This document shows, piece after piece, positions 41,112 to 49,937 of a stretch of DNA of 64,000 nt. The notes beneath the pieces are model-generated. The model was not told the origin of the DNA. It saw only the letters and a program-made list of their open reading frames with translations, and did not search any database. This DNA is from Gammaproteobacteria bacterium (lineage in GTDB: Bacteria; Pseudomonadota; Gammaproteobacteria; JABCZS01): assembly GCA_021773275.1 (NCBI GenBank), contig JAJFKJ010000018.1, forward strand, positions 46,390-110,389, in the 5' to 3' direction. How positions within the stretch are numbered: the stretch's first letter is position 1; each line of letters opens with the position of its first letter. The position numbers were made by a program, and so were the translations under genes.

Positions 41112-42477
41112 CTACAGAAACTTGCACGAAATCATTAACGCTCAGGTATTTTTTAAACACGCGTTCGATGTCATCTTTTGTGACTGCATTAATATTATCT
41201 TGGTATGTTTCGTAATAATCCCAGGGTAGATTGTAAAAAGCAAGCATGGCGATATGGCTGGTGATTGCCTGATTGCTACCTAAACCCAAAGCAAAGCGCC
41301 CGTTGATATTAGCTTTTGCATCTTTAATTTCTTCTTTGCTGGGGCCATTTTTCATGTAGGCATCTAATGTTTTTTCTACAAGCGCCATGGCTTTTTTCGC
41401 TTCATTGCCGCGCGTTTGTAAATTAATAATAAAAGGGCCGGGCTGTTTTAAAGTAATTAGATGGCTGCCAACACTATAGGCAAGCCCATGTTGGTCACGT
41501 ACAATATTGAATAATTGTGATACCAGCGGGTTGGCACCCAGTACATGGTTGCCTACAGAGAATGCAAAAAAGTCTGGGTTGCCTTTTGCCATAGCGGGCA
41601 TGCCAAACAATATATGTGTTTGTGTAGAAGGAAACTTAATATGTTCCTTTTTAGCTTGAGCTCTTGGCACTAAGGGAATTTGCGTGTCGGCGAGGCCAAT
41701 AGGTAGCTCTTCTAATAAATCGCTGGCAATTTTGCGTGCTTGGTGCAACGAGATATCACCACTGATGGCGATCACAGCATTATTTTTTGTATAATAAGAG
41801 CGGAAAAAGTTTTCTAGGTCAGCGGCTGTTAATGCCTCTACAGCATCTTGCGTACCTGTAACTGGGGTAGCGTAAGGATGGCCCGCATAAGCTTCTTCAA
41901 AGAAAGCTTGACTTGCCATATCGCCAGCCGATTGCTCGCGCATTTTTATCGCTGCAAGTAGACGATTTCGCTCGCGCGCAAAATTGCTTGCTTCGAATGT
42001 TGTTTCTGCAAGCAAATGCCGCAGCATTTCCATAGAGGTTTCTAGCGGCTTGTTGTCGCTTAATGTACGCAGGCTTAATGCTGCATAATCTCTGCTGGCG
42101 CTGGCTGAAAACTGGGCGCCAACATTCTCAAAGGTTTCGTAAATACTTTGAGCGTCTTGTGTTTTTGTGCCTTCACCGATCATCTGCGCGGTAAGATAAG
42201 CAAGCCCAGGTGTTTCTTTGTCGTATGCAGAGCCTGCAGGAAATAATACGTGAATATCAACAATAGGTAGCTCTGGCAGCGGTACAAATGCAATTGTGGC
42301 ACCATTTTCTTGCCAATAGTGAATTTCAAACAAGCCTTGCTCTGTACTTACGCGGGTAGATTTTGTTGCACCATCGTGGGGCCAAAAATGTTGCGCGACA
42401 AGGATTGCCGGCAATAAAATAACTAGAATAAAACCAATGATGACTTTTTCAGGGTGTTTCTTAAACCATGGCAACAT
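41095..42477 (-). CDS. M16-family peptidase, non-catalytic-type subunit
   Basis: Insulinase fold (GLAYLTAQM..EGT) but no HxxEH motif. It is paired with the upstream catalytic M16 gene. Confidence 0.85.
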   Translation of the reverse strand: MLPWFKKHPEKVIIGFILVILLPAILVAQHFWPHDGATKSTRVSTEQGLFEIHYWQENGATIAFVPLPELPIVDIHVLFPAGSAYDKETPGLAYLTAQMIGEGTKTQDAQSIYETFENVGAQFSASASRDYAALSLRTLSDNKPLETSMEMLRHLLAETTFEASNFARERNRLLAAIKMREQSAGDMASQAFFEEAYAGHPYATPVTGTQDAVEALTAADLENFFRSYYTKNNAVIAISGDISLHQARKIASDLLEELPIGLADTQIPLVPRAQAKKEHIKFPSTQTHILFGMPAMAKGNPDFFAFSVGNHVLGANPLVSQLFNIVRDQHGLAYSVGSHLITLKQPGPFIINLQTRGNEAKKAMALVEKTLDAYMKNGPSKEEIKDAKANINGRFALGLGSNQAITSHIAMLAFYNLPWDYYETYQDNINAVTKDDIERVFKKYLSVNDFVQVSVGEHAP

Positions 42478-42478
42478 A

Positions 42479-43846
42479 TTAAGACTCCTCGTTTTGCATA
42501 GCTATGGGTTGCAATACAGCAACAGTTAGGCTGTCACGAGAAAAATATTTCTGTGCAACAGCTTGCACTTGTTTTGCTGTTACCTTATCGATGTCTTCTA
42601 AAAATTCATCGCTTGTTTGCCAAGGCAGACCGACGCTTTCAAGAGCGCCAATTTCCCAAGCTTGGGTGCTGATGGAATCTTTCTTAAAAATATCACTGGC
42701 TTTAAACTGCGTTTTTGCACGTGCTAGTTCTTGCCGGCTAACAGTTGTTTCTTGCAGTGCAACTATTTCTTGCCAAATAGCACTTTCCAATTCTTTTATA
42801 GTTTTATCTTGTTTTGGAATGGCTTCAATGACAAATAAGTGATCTTGGCGCATCATTGGCATGTACCCTGCAGACCCGCTTGCCGCAACAGCTTGCCCAC
42901 GCACTAAGTTTTTAGCAAAACGTGCACTTTGCCCGCCATCTAAAATGCTGGCCAATACAGTGAGCGCTGGAATATCTGATTTATCTTCAGCCGTTAATAA
43001 AACGGGCACAGGAAAGCCCATGTAAAGTTTCGGTAGTTTTGCAGGGCGCTTTACCTCGATGCGTTTTTCACCTAATGACACAACCTCTTGTTGCGGAAAT
43101 ACAACAGGAATGTCTGATGTTTTGATGTTGCTAAAATATTTTTTTGTATATTTTTCTACTTCTTGCGGGTCGACATCACCGACAACCACGACAGTTGCGT
43201 TGTTGGGTGCGTACCACATTTTGTACCAATCATATGACTCTTGTCGTGTGGCATTTTTAAGGTCATCGGGCCAGCCAATAATGGGGTGCCGATAAGTGCT
43301 ATTGGTTAAAGCAACAGCTTCAAAACGTTCGTAAGCGAGACTGTCTGGCACGTCATCTATGCGTAAGCGACGTTCCTCAATGATGACTTGCAACTCTGTT
43401 TCAAAAACTTCTTCGCCAAAATTGATGTTGCGCATGCGATCGGCTTCAAGTTCTAAGGCAATCGCTAGTTGGTCTTTGGGTAGCGATTGATAGTAGCCGG
43501 TGTAGTCATAACTGGTAAACGCATTAAGGGAGCCGCCCAGTTTTGTGATGGTATCAAGGAATGTGCTATCTGGATGTTTAGTAGTACCCTTAAATAGCAT
43601 ATGCTCCAGAATGTGTGAGACACCTGTGATGCCGGTGTGTTCGTAGCTAGAACCCACTTTATACCAGATTTGCACAGTAACGATGGGGGCACGATGGTCT
43701 TCTCGGACAATCAGCTTTAAACCATTAGAGAGTGTGTATTCGGTGGTGGGCAGGCTTTGTTGTGTTAGACCGGTTGTCCAGATTAGACACAACAAGGTAA
43801 AAATTGTTATCCTTAGACGCATTGATAATAGCTCCATGCTGTACAA
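42479..43846 (-). CDS. M16-family zinc peptidase (pitrilysin-like)
   Basis: Inverted zinc motif HILEH within GVSHILEHMLFKGT, plus a signal peptide. Confidence 0.9.
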   Translation of the reverse strand: MYSMELLSMRLRITIFTLLCLIWTTGLTQQSLPTTEYTLSNGLKLIVREDHRAPIVTVQIWYKVGSSYEHTGITGVSHILEHMLFKGTTKHPDSTFLDTITKLGGSLNAFTSYDYTGYYQSLPKDQLAIALELEADRMRNINFGEEVFETELQVIIEERRLRIDDVPDSLAYERFEAVALTNSTYRHPIIGWPDDLKNATRQESYDWYKMWYAPNNATVVVVGDVDPQEVEKYTKKYFSNIKTSDIPVVFPQQEVVSLGEKRIEVKRPAKLPKLYMGFPVPVLLTAEDKSDIPALTVLASILDGGQSARFAKNLVRGQAVAASGSAGYMPMMRQDHLFVIEAIPKQDKTIKELESAIWQEIVALQETTVSRQELARAKTQFKASDIFKKDSISTQAWEIGALESVGLPWQTSDEFLEDIDKVTAKQVQAVAQKYFSRDSLTVAVLQPIAMQNEES

Positions 43847-43896
43847 GCTTAATGTGCTAGCATAGGCAATCTTGAAGGCTGTGTAAAGGTATTAAA

Positions 43897-44871
43897 ATGA
43901 TATTCAATTTCAAAAAGAAAGCAGAAGAAAAGGCACCAAGCGAAAAACAAGGTTTGTTTTCTCGTATTAAGCAGGGCTTAAGCAAAACTAGACATCAACT
44001 TACCGATAATTTAGCTAGTTTGCTTCTTGGCGCTAAAGTTATCGATGAAAACCTGTTGGAAGAAATAGAAACACAACTGCTAATGGCTGACGTAGGTGTT
44101 GAGGCGACACAAGAGATTATTAAAGACTTAACAGGCAGATTAAAGCGTCACGAGCTCACGGACGGTGAGGCAGTATTTGCGGCGCTTAGCGAAGATTTGG
44201 TAAAGTTATTGGCCGTGCCACAAGTAGCATTACACGAGACAACTGCGAAGCCGAAACTAATATTAATGGTGGGCATTAATGGTGCCGGCAAAACAACCAC
44301 GATCGGCAAGTTAGCAAAACATCTGCAGGAGCAAGGCAAGACAGTACTCTTGGCCGCAGGTGACACGTTCCGCGCTGCCGCGATCGAACAGCTACAGGTG
44401 TGGGGTGAACGCAACGGTGTGCCAGTGATTGCACAAAAACACGGCGCTGACTGTGCAGCAGTGGTATTTGATGCCTTGCAGGCAGGTATTGCAAGAGGGG
44501 TTGATGTTGTCATTGCGGACACAGCTGGTCGGCTACATACGCAGTCACACCTCATGGAAGAGTTGAAAAAAGTGACCCGCGTTGTTAAGAAACTCGACCC
44601 AGATGCACCGCATGAAGTAGTTTTGGTATTGGATGCGACTATCGGCCAAAATGCGTTGCAACAGGCAAAAGAATTTAAACAAGCAGTTGACGTTAATAGT
44701 CTAATATTAACTAAACTAGATGGAACAGCTAAAGGCGGCGTGGTATTTGCCTTGGTCAAGCAGCAGGGCATACCGATACGCTACATTGGTGTGGGTGAAA
44801 AAATAGATGATTTAAAACCGTTCGATGCCGACATGTTTGTTCAGGCATTACTGCAACACGATAAAGGTTAG
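43897..44871 (+). CDS. ftsY: signal recognition particle receptor FtsY
   Basis: NG domain with GINGAGKTTTIGKLA, DTAGRL and TKLDGTAKGG. Confidence 0.95.
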   Translation: MIFNFKKKAEEKAPSEKQGLFSRIKQGLSKTRHQLTDNLASLLLGAKVIDENLLEEIETQLLMADVGVEATQEIIKDLTGRLKRHELTDGEAVFAALSEDLVKLLAVPQVALHETTAKPKLILMVGINGAGKTTTIGKLAKHLQEQGKTVLLAAGDTFRAAAIEQLQVWGERNGVPVIAQKHGADCAAVVFDALQAGIARGVDVVIADTAGRLHTQSHLMEELKKVTRVVKKLDPDAPHEVVLVLDATIGQNALQQAKEFKQAVDVNSLILTKLDGTAKGGVVFALVKQQGIPIRYIGVGEKIDDLKPFDADMFVQALLQHDKG

Positions 44872-44880
44872 AACCAGCAC

Positions 44881-45549
44881 ATGATTACATGCAAACAAGT
44901 ATCCAAAAAATACCCAGGTGAAGTTACCGCGCTGCGAGATATAAACTTCTCCTTGCCGAAAGGCAAAATGGCTTTCTTAACAGGGCATTCCGGTGCGGGT
45001 AAAAGCACATTATTACGCCTATTAACCTTGCTAGAGCGCCCGAGCAATGGCCAAGTTATGGTAAATGGTGTAGATCTTAGCTCTTTGAAAGGCGCGAAAA
45101 TTGCTAAGTTTCGACAAAACGTGGGTGTCGTTTTTCAAGACCCGATGCTTCTCAATGATCGCAGCGTTTATGAAAATGTTGCCTTGCCGCTTTACGTTGC
45201 GGGCTATGCGCCGCTAGATATCCGCAAGCGTGTACAAGCTGCTCTAGAAACAGTAAAGCTTCTTGGAAAGGCTAACGTGATGCCGGCAAGTCTTTCAGGT
45301 GGTGAGCAACAGAGGGTGGGCATTGCGCGTGCTATTGTTAACCGCCCATCAATTTTACTGGCGGATGAACCCACCGGTAACCTCGACGCTGAATTGGCAC
45401 ACAGCATTATTCGTTTGTTTGAACGTTTTAATCAAGTGGGTGCCACCGTGTTGATTGCAACACATAATGTAGAATTAATTGAAAGCGCACAGTACCCTGT
45501 GCTTGGTTTAACTAAAGGCCAGATAACTCATGAAATCGAAAACACGTAA
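44881..45549 (+). CDS. ftsE: cell division ATP-binding protein FtsE
   Basis: GHSGAGKSTLL, LSGGEQQRV and ILLADEPTGNLD. Position between ftsY and ftsX. Confidence 0.95.
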   Translation: MITCKQVSKKYPGEVTALRDINFSLPKGKMAFLTGHSGAGKSTLLRLLTLLERPSNGQVMVNGVDLSSLKGAKIAKFRQNVGVVFQDPMLLNDRSVYENVALPLYVAGYAPLDIRKRVQAALETVKLLGKANVMPASLSGGEQQRVGIARAIVNRPSILLADEPTGNLDAELAHSIIRLFERFNQVGATVLIATHNVELIESAQYPVLGLTKGQITHEIENT

Positions 45550-46495
45550 GTCCAATAAGCGACAAAAAACCAAGTCATCGCATCGTTTTGGGATGTGGCG
45601 TTGGCAGCATCTAACCGAATGCAAGCGCAGCTTTAAATATCTATGGCGTACACCGCTAGCAACTTTAATAACCTTAGGGGTGTTTGCAGTAGTATTGTGC
45701 ATGCCTGTAGGGCTTTATTGGGCCAGCAATAATTTAAATACAATAGGCCAGCAGTGGGAGCAAAGTGGTGAGATCACATTGTTTTTGCAAGATGGCCTGC
45801 CGCAAGAGCAAGCCATTGGCTTGGTAAACCAATTACACATACAAGATAATATTGCCAAAGTAACATATTTGTCGCCAGACGAAGCATTGCAACAATTTAA
45901 AACGATGTCGGATATAGGTGATTCGTTAGCAGTATTAGAATATAACCCTTTGCCGGCAGTGCTTACCATTTTACCTGCAGATGTAACAGTGGCTGCACTG
46001 GAACAATTGCAAAAAGATTTAGATCAAATGCCCGAGGTTGCCACGGCGAGTATCGATGTAATTTGGGTATTACGCATGCAGGCCATTTTAAACTTATTAC
46101 AAAAAACGGTGATCGTTTTAGGCGCACTATTAGGCTTAGGTTTATTACTAGTGGTGAGCAACACCATCCGCGGCCAACTGCTGCAACGCGAGCAAGAAAT
46201 TGCGGTTAGCAAGATGGTGGGTGCCAGCAATGGTTTTGTGCGCAGGCCCTTTTTATACACGGGTTTTTGGATCGGCTTGTTAGGCAGCTGTTTTGGCTTG
46301 TTGATATTAACGCTAGCAGGCCTGTTTTTAAGACAACCGCTAAATGACTTATTGCTGGCTTATGGCAGCCTCTGGCAGCCAGTCAGTATCAGCCTAGAAA
46401 TCAAAGCAATGATTATCGTAGGCTCTTGTGTGGTGGCTATGATGGGTGCCTGGATAGCTGTAACGCGCTATCTTTACCAGCTGCGCCCACGCTAA
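45530..46495 (+). CDS. ftsX: cell division permease-like protein FtsX
   Basis: Four-TM FtsX layout with a periplasmic domain. It overlaps the ftsE end. Confidence 0.9.
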   Translation: MKSKTRKSNKRQKTKSSHRFGMWRWQHLTECKRSFKYLWRTPLATLITLGVFAVVLCMPVGLYWASNNLNTIGQQWEQSGEITLFLQDGLPQEQAIGLVNQLHIQDNIAKVTYLSPDEALQQFKTMSDIGDSLAVLEYNPLPAVLTILPADVTVAALEQLQKDLDQMPEVATASIDVIWVLRMQAILNLLQKTVIVLGALLGLGLLLVVSNTIRGQLLQREQEIAVSKMVGASNGFVRRPFLYTGFWIGLLGSCFGLLILTLAGLFLRQPLNDLLLAYGSLWQPVSISLEIKAMIIVGSCVVAMMGAWIAVTRYLYQLRPR

Positions 46496-46514
46496 GAATA
46501 TGCTAAAATTACCA

Positions 46515-46541
46515 TTAGCACTCTAGTGATTTGAGTGCTAA
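46515..46541 (+). promoter_or_regulatory. 9-bp perfect stem-loop in the ftsX-rpoH spacer (TTAGCACTC-n9-GAGTGCTAA)
   Basis: Seen directly. No T tract follows, and it lies 24 nt upstream of the rpoH ATG. Confidence 0.35.
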
Positions 46542-46564
46542 GAAGCAGTATAGAGGTAAATGGC

Positions 46565-47413
46565 ATGCTAAACAAAGACTTACAAGCTATATCGATAACC
46601 CTGCCTGGCAGCAGTATAGAGGCATACGCTGCCTATGCTAACGCTATACCCATGCTTTCCCAGGAGCAAGAATTTGAGCTTGCTCGTCGCCTACAAGAAG
46701 ACAACGACCTTGATGCAGCCCGTGAGCTAGTCCTTAGCCACCTGCGCTTTGTTGTGCGCGTAGCGCGCGGTTATTCTGGCTATGGCCTGGCTGTGGCAGA
46801 CCTCATTCAAGAAGGCAATATTGGCCTGATGAAAGCCGTTAAACGCTTTGATCCGAAAATGGGGGTGCGCCTGGCTGCCTACGCCGTGCACTGGATTAAA
46901 GCAGAAATGCATGAATTTATTTTACGTAACTGGCGGATTGTGCGTGTTGCAACCACAAAATCGCAACGCAAATTATTTTTTAATTTACGCAAAATGAAAA
47001 AACGCTTGGGTTGGTTCAGCGAAGAGGAAATTAAAGGTGTTGCAAGCGATCTGGATGTACCAGCAGATACCGTGCGCGAAATGGAAGCACGCTTAAATGT
47101 ACATGATACAGCTTTAGATGTGCAATACGACGGTGAGACCTATGCCTTGCCAGCGCCGCAGCTTGAAGATCACCAAGCTAACCCGGCATTAATGCTCGAA
47201 CAGCATAGCGAAAATGAAAACATTAAAATGCAACTTCACAGTGCATTACTGACACTCGGCGAACGTGAGCAAGTTATTTTACAAGAACGTTGGCTACAAG
47301 AAAAGAAAGCCACATTACAAGACCTGAGCAAGCGTTTTGGTGTTTCTTTGGAACGCATCAGACAGCTAGAAAAAGCCGCACTTAAAAAGCTAAAAGATCT
47401 AATTGCCGCGTAA
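46565..47413 (+). CDS. rpoH: RNA polymerase sigma-32 factor
   Basis: [26 protein letters not shown] and the RpoB box QRKLFFNLRKMKKRL. Start at ATG 46565. Confidence 0.95.
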   Translation: MLNKDLQAISITLPGSSIEAYAAYANAIPMLSQEQEFELARRLQEDNDLDAARELVLSHLRFVVRVARGYSGYGLAVADLIQEGNIGLMKAVKRFDPKMGVRLAAYAVHWIKAEMHEFILRNWRIVRVATTKSQRKLFFNLRKMKKRLGWFSEEEIKGVASDLDVPADTVREMEARLNVHDTALDVQYDGETYALPAPQLEDHQANPALMLEQHSENENIKMQLHSALLTLGEREQVILQERWLQEKKATLQDLSKRFGVSLERIRQLEKAALKKLKDLIAA

Positions 47414-48127
47414 TTCTTTTAAATTAAAGAATTGGCAAATCTGAACACAAATAAACAATGGAATGCCAATAATGGTTGCTGCGGCATTAAAGGCCATTTG
47501 CAATAGAGGTGTATCATTTAGGTGCGGATTCACAAAGGTTAAAATAACAAAAAACGAAAACATATAAACAAATAGCACCCAAAATGTTAACCACATATGA
47601 TGATGCTCAATACGAATACTGGATTTAAATGCGTCAAAAATATGTTTGTTTTCAAGCAGCACGAACATATTGGCAAAATATATTTTTATTGCAATATAAA
47701 AGTAAGCGATAACCAGCAAAAAAGAAGAAATAATAAGCACGGGAATATTAAAAGAGGCCAGCCCCATAACTATAACCATAAAAAGCGATAAAAAATTCAG
47801 CAAACAAACGATGATCACTAAGCGCACATAGTGGGTAAAAAACCCATCAAAAGCATGTTGTGTGCTGATGGGCAGCCCCGCGCCAGCACTGTAGATGCGC
47901 TTAACTATAGGAATAAAAAATACCAAGCCCACCAAGGCTGTTACAAAAGATACCATGACGTCGTTCAGTACCGTATATTCAGCAAGCCCGGTATAGCAGA
48001 TGGTTAATGCTAAAGCGAGAGAAACCACCAAGGCCAGCGAGTATTTGAAGCTGGCAAAATACAAACGAAAGCCCGCGGCAATAACGCTGCGAGGCGATTC
48101 TGGGTTTCTAGGCAAGAATTTAAACAT
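47399..48127 (-). CDS. multi-pass membrane protein of unknown function
   Basis: 242-aa hydrophobic ORF that overlaps the rpoH end convergently by 15 nt. Confidence 0.55.
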   Translation of the reverse strand: MFKFLPRNPESPRSVIAAGFRLYFASFKYSLALVVSLALALTICYTGLAEYTVLNDVMVSFVTALVGLVFFIPIVKRIYSAGAGLPISTQHAFDGFFTHYVRLVIIVCLLNFLSLFMVIVMGLASFNIPVLIISSFLLVIAYFYIAIKIYFANMFVLLENKHIFDAFKSSIRIEHHHMWLTFWVLFVYMFSFFVILTFVNPHLNDTPLLQMAFNAAATIIGIPLFICVQICQFFNLKELRGN

Positions 48128-48141
48128 GCTACAAGTATAGT

Positions 48142-48486
48142 TCAGATTTCGAGCATTACGCCAACGGTGTTGGCCGTAGGCAGGGCGCCAGGCTTATACA
48201 AGGTAAGCTTAAGCTTGCTGGCCCCGAACTCATCGCAAATCAAGTCGGCGATATGTTGCGCCAGCGTTTCGATCAGTTTAAAGGAGGTGCCCGCAACATA
48301 GGCCTGCACCCGCTCACTCAGTGCGGCATAGTTAATAGCTTGTTCAATATCATCGCTGGCGCTGATTTTTTTGCAATCGGTGCCGAGCTCAACATCAAGC
48401 AGCAACTTTTGGGTAATCTCACGCTCCCAATCAAGGCAACCAATCACACACTCAAGCTGCAGTTCTTTTATAAATACGATATCCAT
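48142..48486 (-). CDS. folB: dihydroneopterin aldolase
   Basis: 114 aa. MDIVFIKELQLECVIGCLDWEREITQKL and YAALSERV are FolB hallmarks. Confidence 0.9.
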   Translation of the reverse strand: MDIVFIKELQLECVIGCLDWEREITQKLLLDVELGTDCKKISASDDIEQAINYAALSERVQAYVAGTSFKLIETLAQHIADLICDEFGASKLKLTLYKPGALPTANTVGVMLEI

Positions 48487-48501
48487 ATTTGTATTTTACA
48501 G

Positions 48502-48624
48502 CATGCAAAAAAATGAAGCAAATGGCCCCCTCAAATGAGGGTGTATTGTTTATGGTCATGCAAAAAAAAGCAAAAAAAATTCAAAAAAATGAAAAATACT
48601 AGAGTTTGAGGGGTTGTTGTTCAT
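48502..48624 (+). promoter_or_regulatory. two-unit imperfect direct repeat upstream of the RiPP operon (CATGCAAAAAAA ... TGAGGGnnTnTTGTTnAT, twice)
   Basis: CATGC(A)7-8 occurs at 48502 and 48557. TGAGGGTGTATTGTTTAT at 48536 matches TGAGGGGTTGTTGTTCAT at 48607 in 14 of 18 positions. The second copy overlaps the putative -35. Confidence 0.4.
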
Positions 48625-48642
48625 ATTTCTTTTGGTGATAAT
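48614..48642 (+). promoter_or_regulatory. putative sigma-70 promoter of the RiPP operon (TTGTTG-17 nt-GATAAT)
   Basis: Hexamers and spacing read by eye. It lies about 30 nt upstream of the precursor ATG. Confidence 0.3.
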
Positions 48643-48672
48643 GACTCCACTACAACAATAAAGGGAGGAAAT

Positions 48673-48822
48673 ATGAATAATAATACTAACCCCAACGATG
48701 CAAAATCAGTGGCTGAAATCTTCGAGGTAATTGAAGCAAATGAAGGCGACGTTAATCTAGGTGAAACACGCCAGGGATGTATCTCTGTGCAAGTCCCCAA
48801 TGATGACGAAACTGACGAGTAG
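48673..48822 (+). CDS. RiPP precursor peptide, trifolitoxin-like core (49 aa): MNNNTNPNDAKSVAEIFEVIEANEGDVNLGETRQGCISVQVPNDDETDE
   Basis: Strong RBS (aagggaggaaatATG). It is the first gene of the operon and was missed by the ORF track because it is shorter than 60 aa. It has an acidic helical leader, and NLGETRQGCIS resembles the TfxA core DIGGSRQGCVA. A hairpin follows the stop. Confidence 0.75.
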   Translation: MNNNTNPNDAKSVAEIFEVIEANEGDVNLGETRQGCISVQVPNDDETDE

Positions 48823-48833
48823 CTAAGCAGGTC

Positions 48834-48861
48834 AGGGGGGAGCTTGCTCCCTCCTGTTTTT
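48834..48861 (+). terminator. attenuator-type intrinsic terminator between precursor and modification genes
   Basis: AGGGGGGAG-cttg-CTCCCTCCT forms 9 bp (one G-U), followed by GTTTTT that runs straight into the RBS (aaggagg) of the next gene. Confidence 0.55.
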
Positions 48862-48872
48862 AAGGAGGAAAC

Positions 48873-49937
48873 ATGTCTTTGTTAGTTGCAGATTCAGCGT
48901 TAAGAATACATTGTGTTAATGGCACATGCTATGTTCATCATCCGCTTAAGCAAAAAAGCTTTGATTGCAAAATTTTAGAGAATAAACCTTTAAAAAAACT
49001 GATGAACTATCTTGAAAAGCCAAAATCAAAATCTGATGTTCATGCATTCATTGCAGTTATGTTGAATGTGACGCATGAAAATGCCGCGGAAGCCGCGACA
49101 GAACTAAAGAAAAACGGATTTATAAAAGAAATTGAAAGCCAAGGAATCTCGCTCAGCTGGGAAAAACACAATTGGCGTGAAGCGGGTATTTTACATGAGC
49201 ATACTATCAACACACCGAGAATTTTATATAACAACAAAATGGGCAATATATATGACGTTGCTCTGATGAAGCATTATGTTAAAGAAACCCCACCGCCGGC
49301 AAATCACAAAGAGTACGAAGGCACCAAGATACAGTTAGAAAAACCTGATGTAGATGAAAGCATTACTTTAGATAGTATGCTGCGGGGTTCTAAAAAACCA
49401 GAGATCCTAACTTTTAAGAAGTTGAGTAGACTTTTGTATTATGCATTCGGGAAAATAGGTGATAGGCATATGCAGGTAACAGGAAAGCATATGCGGAAAA
49501 CAGTACCTTCGGGCGGCGCTAGGCATCCTTACGAATTCTACCTTCTTGTACATGACATTGAGGGGCTTGACCCCGGGATATATCACTATCAGTTTAATGA
49601 TCATCATCTGACGGTTCTTCAACTGCGGAATGCATCTTTGGTTGCAAGCTTGATAGATCAGTATTTAGTGATTGACCCTAAGCGACTTTGCTTTTCTCCG
49701 CAGATTGCGATTATCTATTCATGTATGTTTGAGCGTAGCATGCACCGATATCGGTATTCACGAAGTTATCGTGTTATGCAATATGATCTGGGTCATATCT
49801 ATCAGAATTTAGAATTCTTGGCTAAATCCTATAGCTTAAATATATACGCGGGCTACTCTTGTCATGAGCAAAAAATCGAGCAAGCTATCGGCATAGATAG
49901 TATCACTGAATCTTGTATGGGGTATGCAGTATTATGA
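48873..49937 (+). CDS. SagB/McbC-type (nitroreductase-fold) dehydrogenase with N-terminal RRE-like domain, paralog 1
   Basis: VPSGGARHPYEFYLL..GLDPGIYHY and YRVMQYDLGHIYQNLEFLA are SagB-type dehydrogenase hallmarks. The first 90 aa or so look like a small winged-helix domain. Confidence 0.85.
   Translation: MSLLVADSALRIHCVNGTCYVHHPLKQKSFDCKILENKPLKKLMNYLEKPKSKSDVHAFIAVMLNVTHENAAEAATELKKNGFIKEIESQGISLSWEKHNWREAGILHEHTINTPRILYNNKMGNIYDVALMKHYVKETPPPANHKEYEGTKIQLEKPDVDESITLDSMLRGSKKPEILTFKKLSRLLYYAFGKIGDRHMQVTGKHMRKTVPSGGARHPYEFYLLVHDIEGLDPGIYHYQFNDHHLTVLQLRNASLVASLIDQYLVIDPKRLCFSPQIAIIYSCMFERSMHRYRYSRSYRVMQYDLGHIYQNLEFLAKSYSLNIYAGYSCHEQKIEQAIGIDSITESCMGYAVL

Noticed and set aside
44148-44771. 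207-aa ORF antisense to ftsY. Similar long antisense ORFs: 34851-35348 in comM, 36464-36919 opposite the coiled-coil gene, 11834-12295 in the RND pump, 57296-57634 opposite rpsU/yqeY, and 58619-59023 in dnaG.
   Set aside because: Each lies fully inside a confidently identified conserved gene on the other strand. They have low-complexity Ser/Ala/Cys/Thr-rich composition typical of shadow frames and lack an RBS.
48541-48600. A-rich repetitive stretch (caaaaaaaag caaaaaaaat tcaaaaaaat) considered as a possible CRISPR or tandem-repeat array
   Set aside because: The units are 8-10 nt homopolymer-like tracts without spacers of defined length, and there are no cas genes. I treat it as A-tract promoter DNA instead.
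48513-48602. 29-aa Lys-rich sORF (MKQMAPSNEGVLFMVMQKKAKKIQKNEKY) in the folB-precursor spacer
   Set aside because: It has no Shine-Dalgarno sequence. Its Lys codons simply reflect the poly-A tracts of the promoter region, and it overlaps the repeat units. It is more likely regulatory DNA than a gene.
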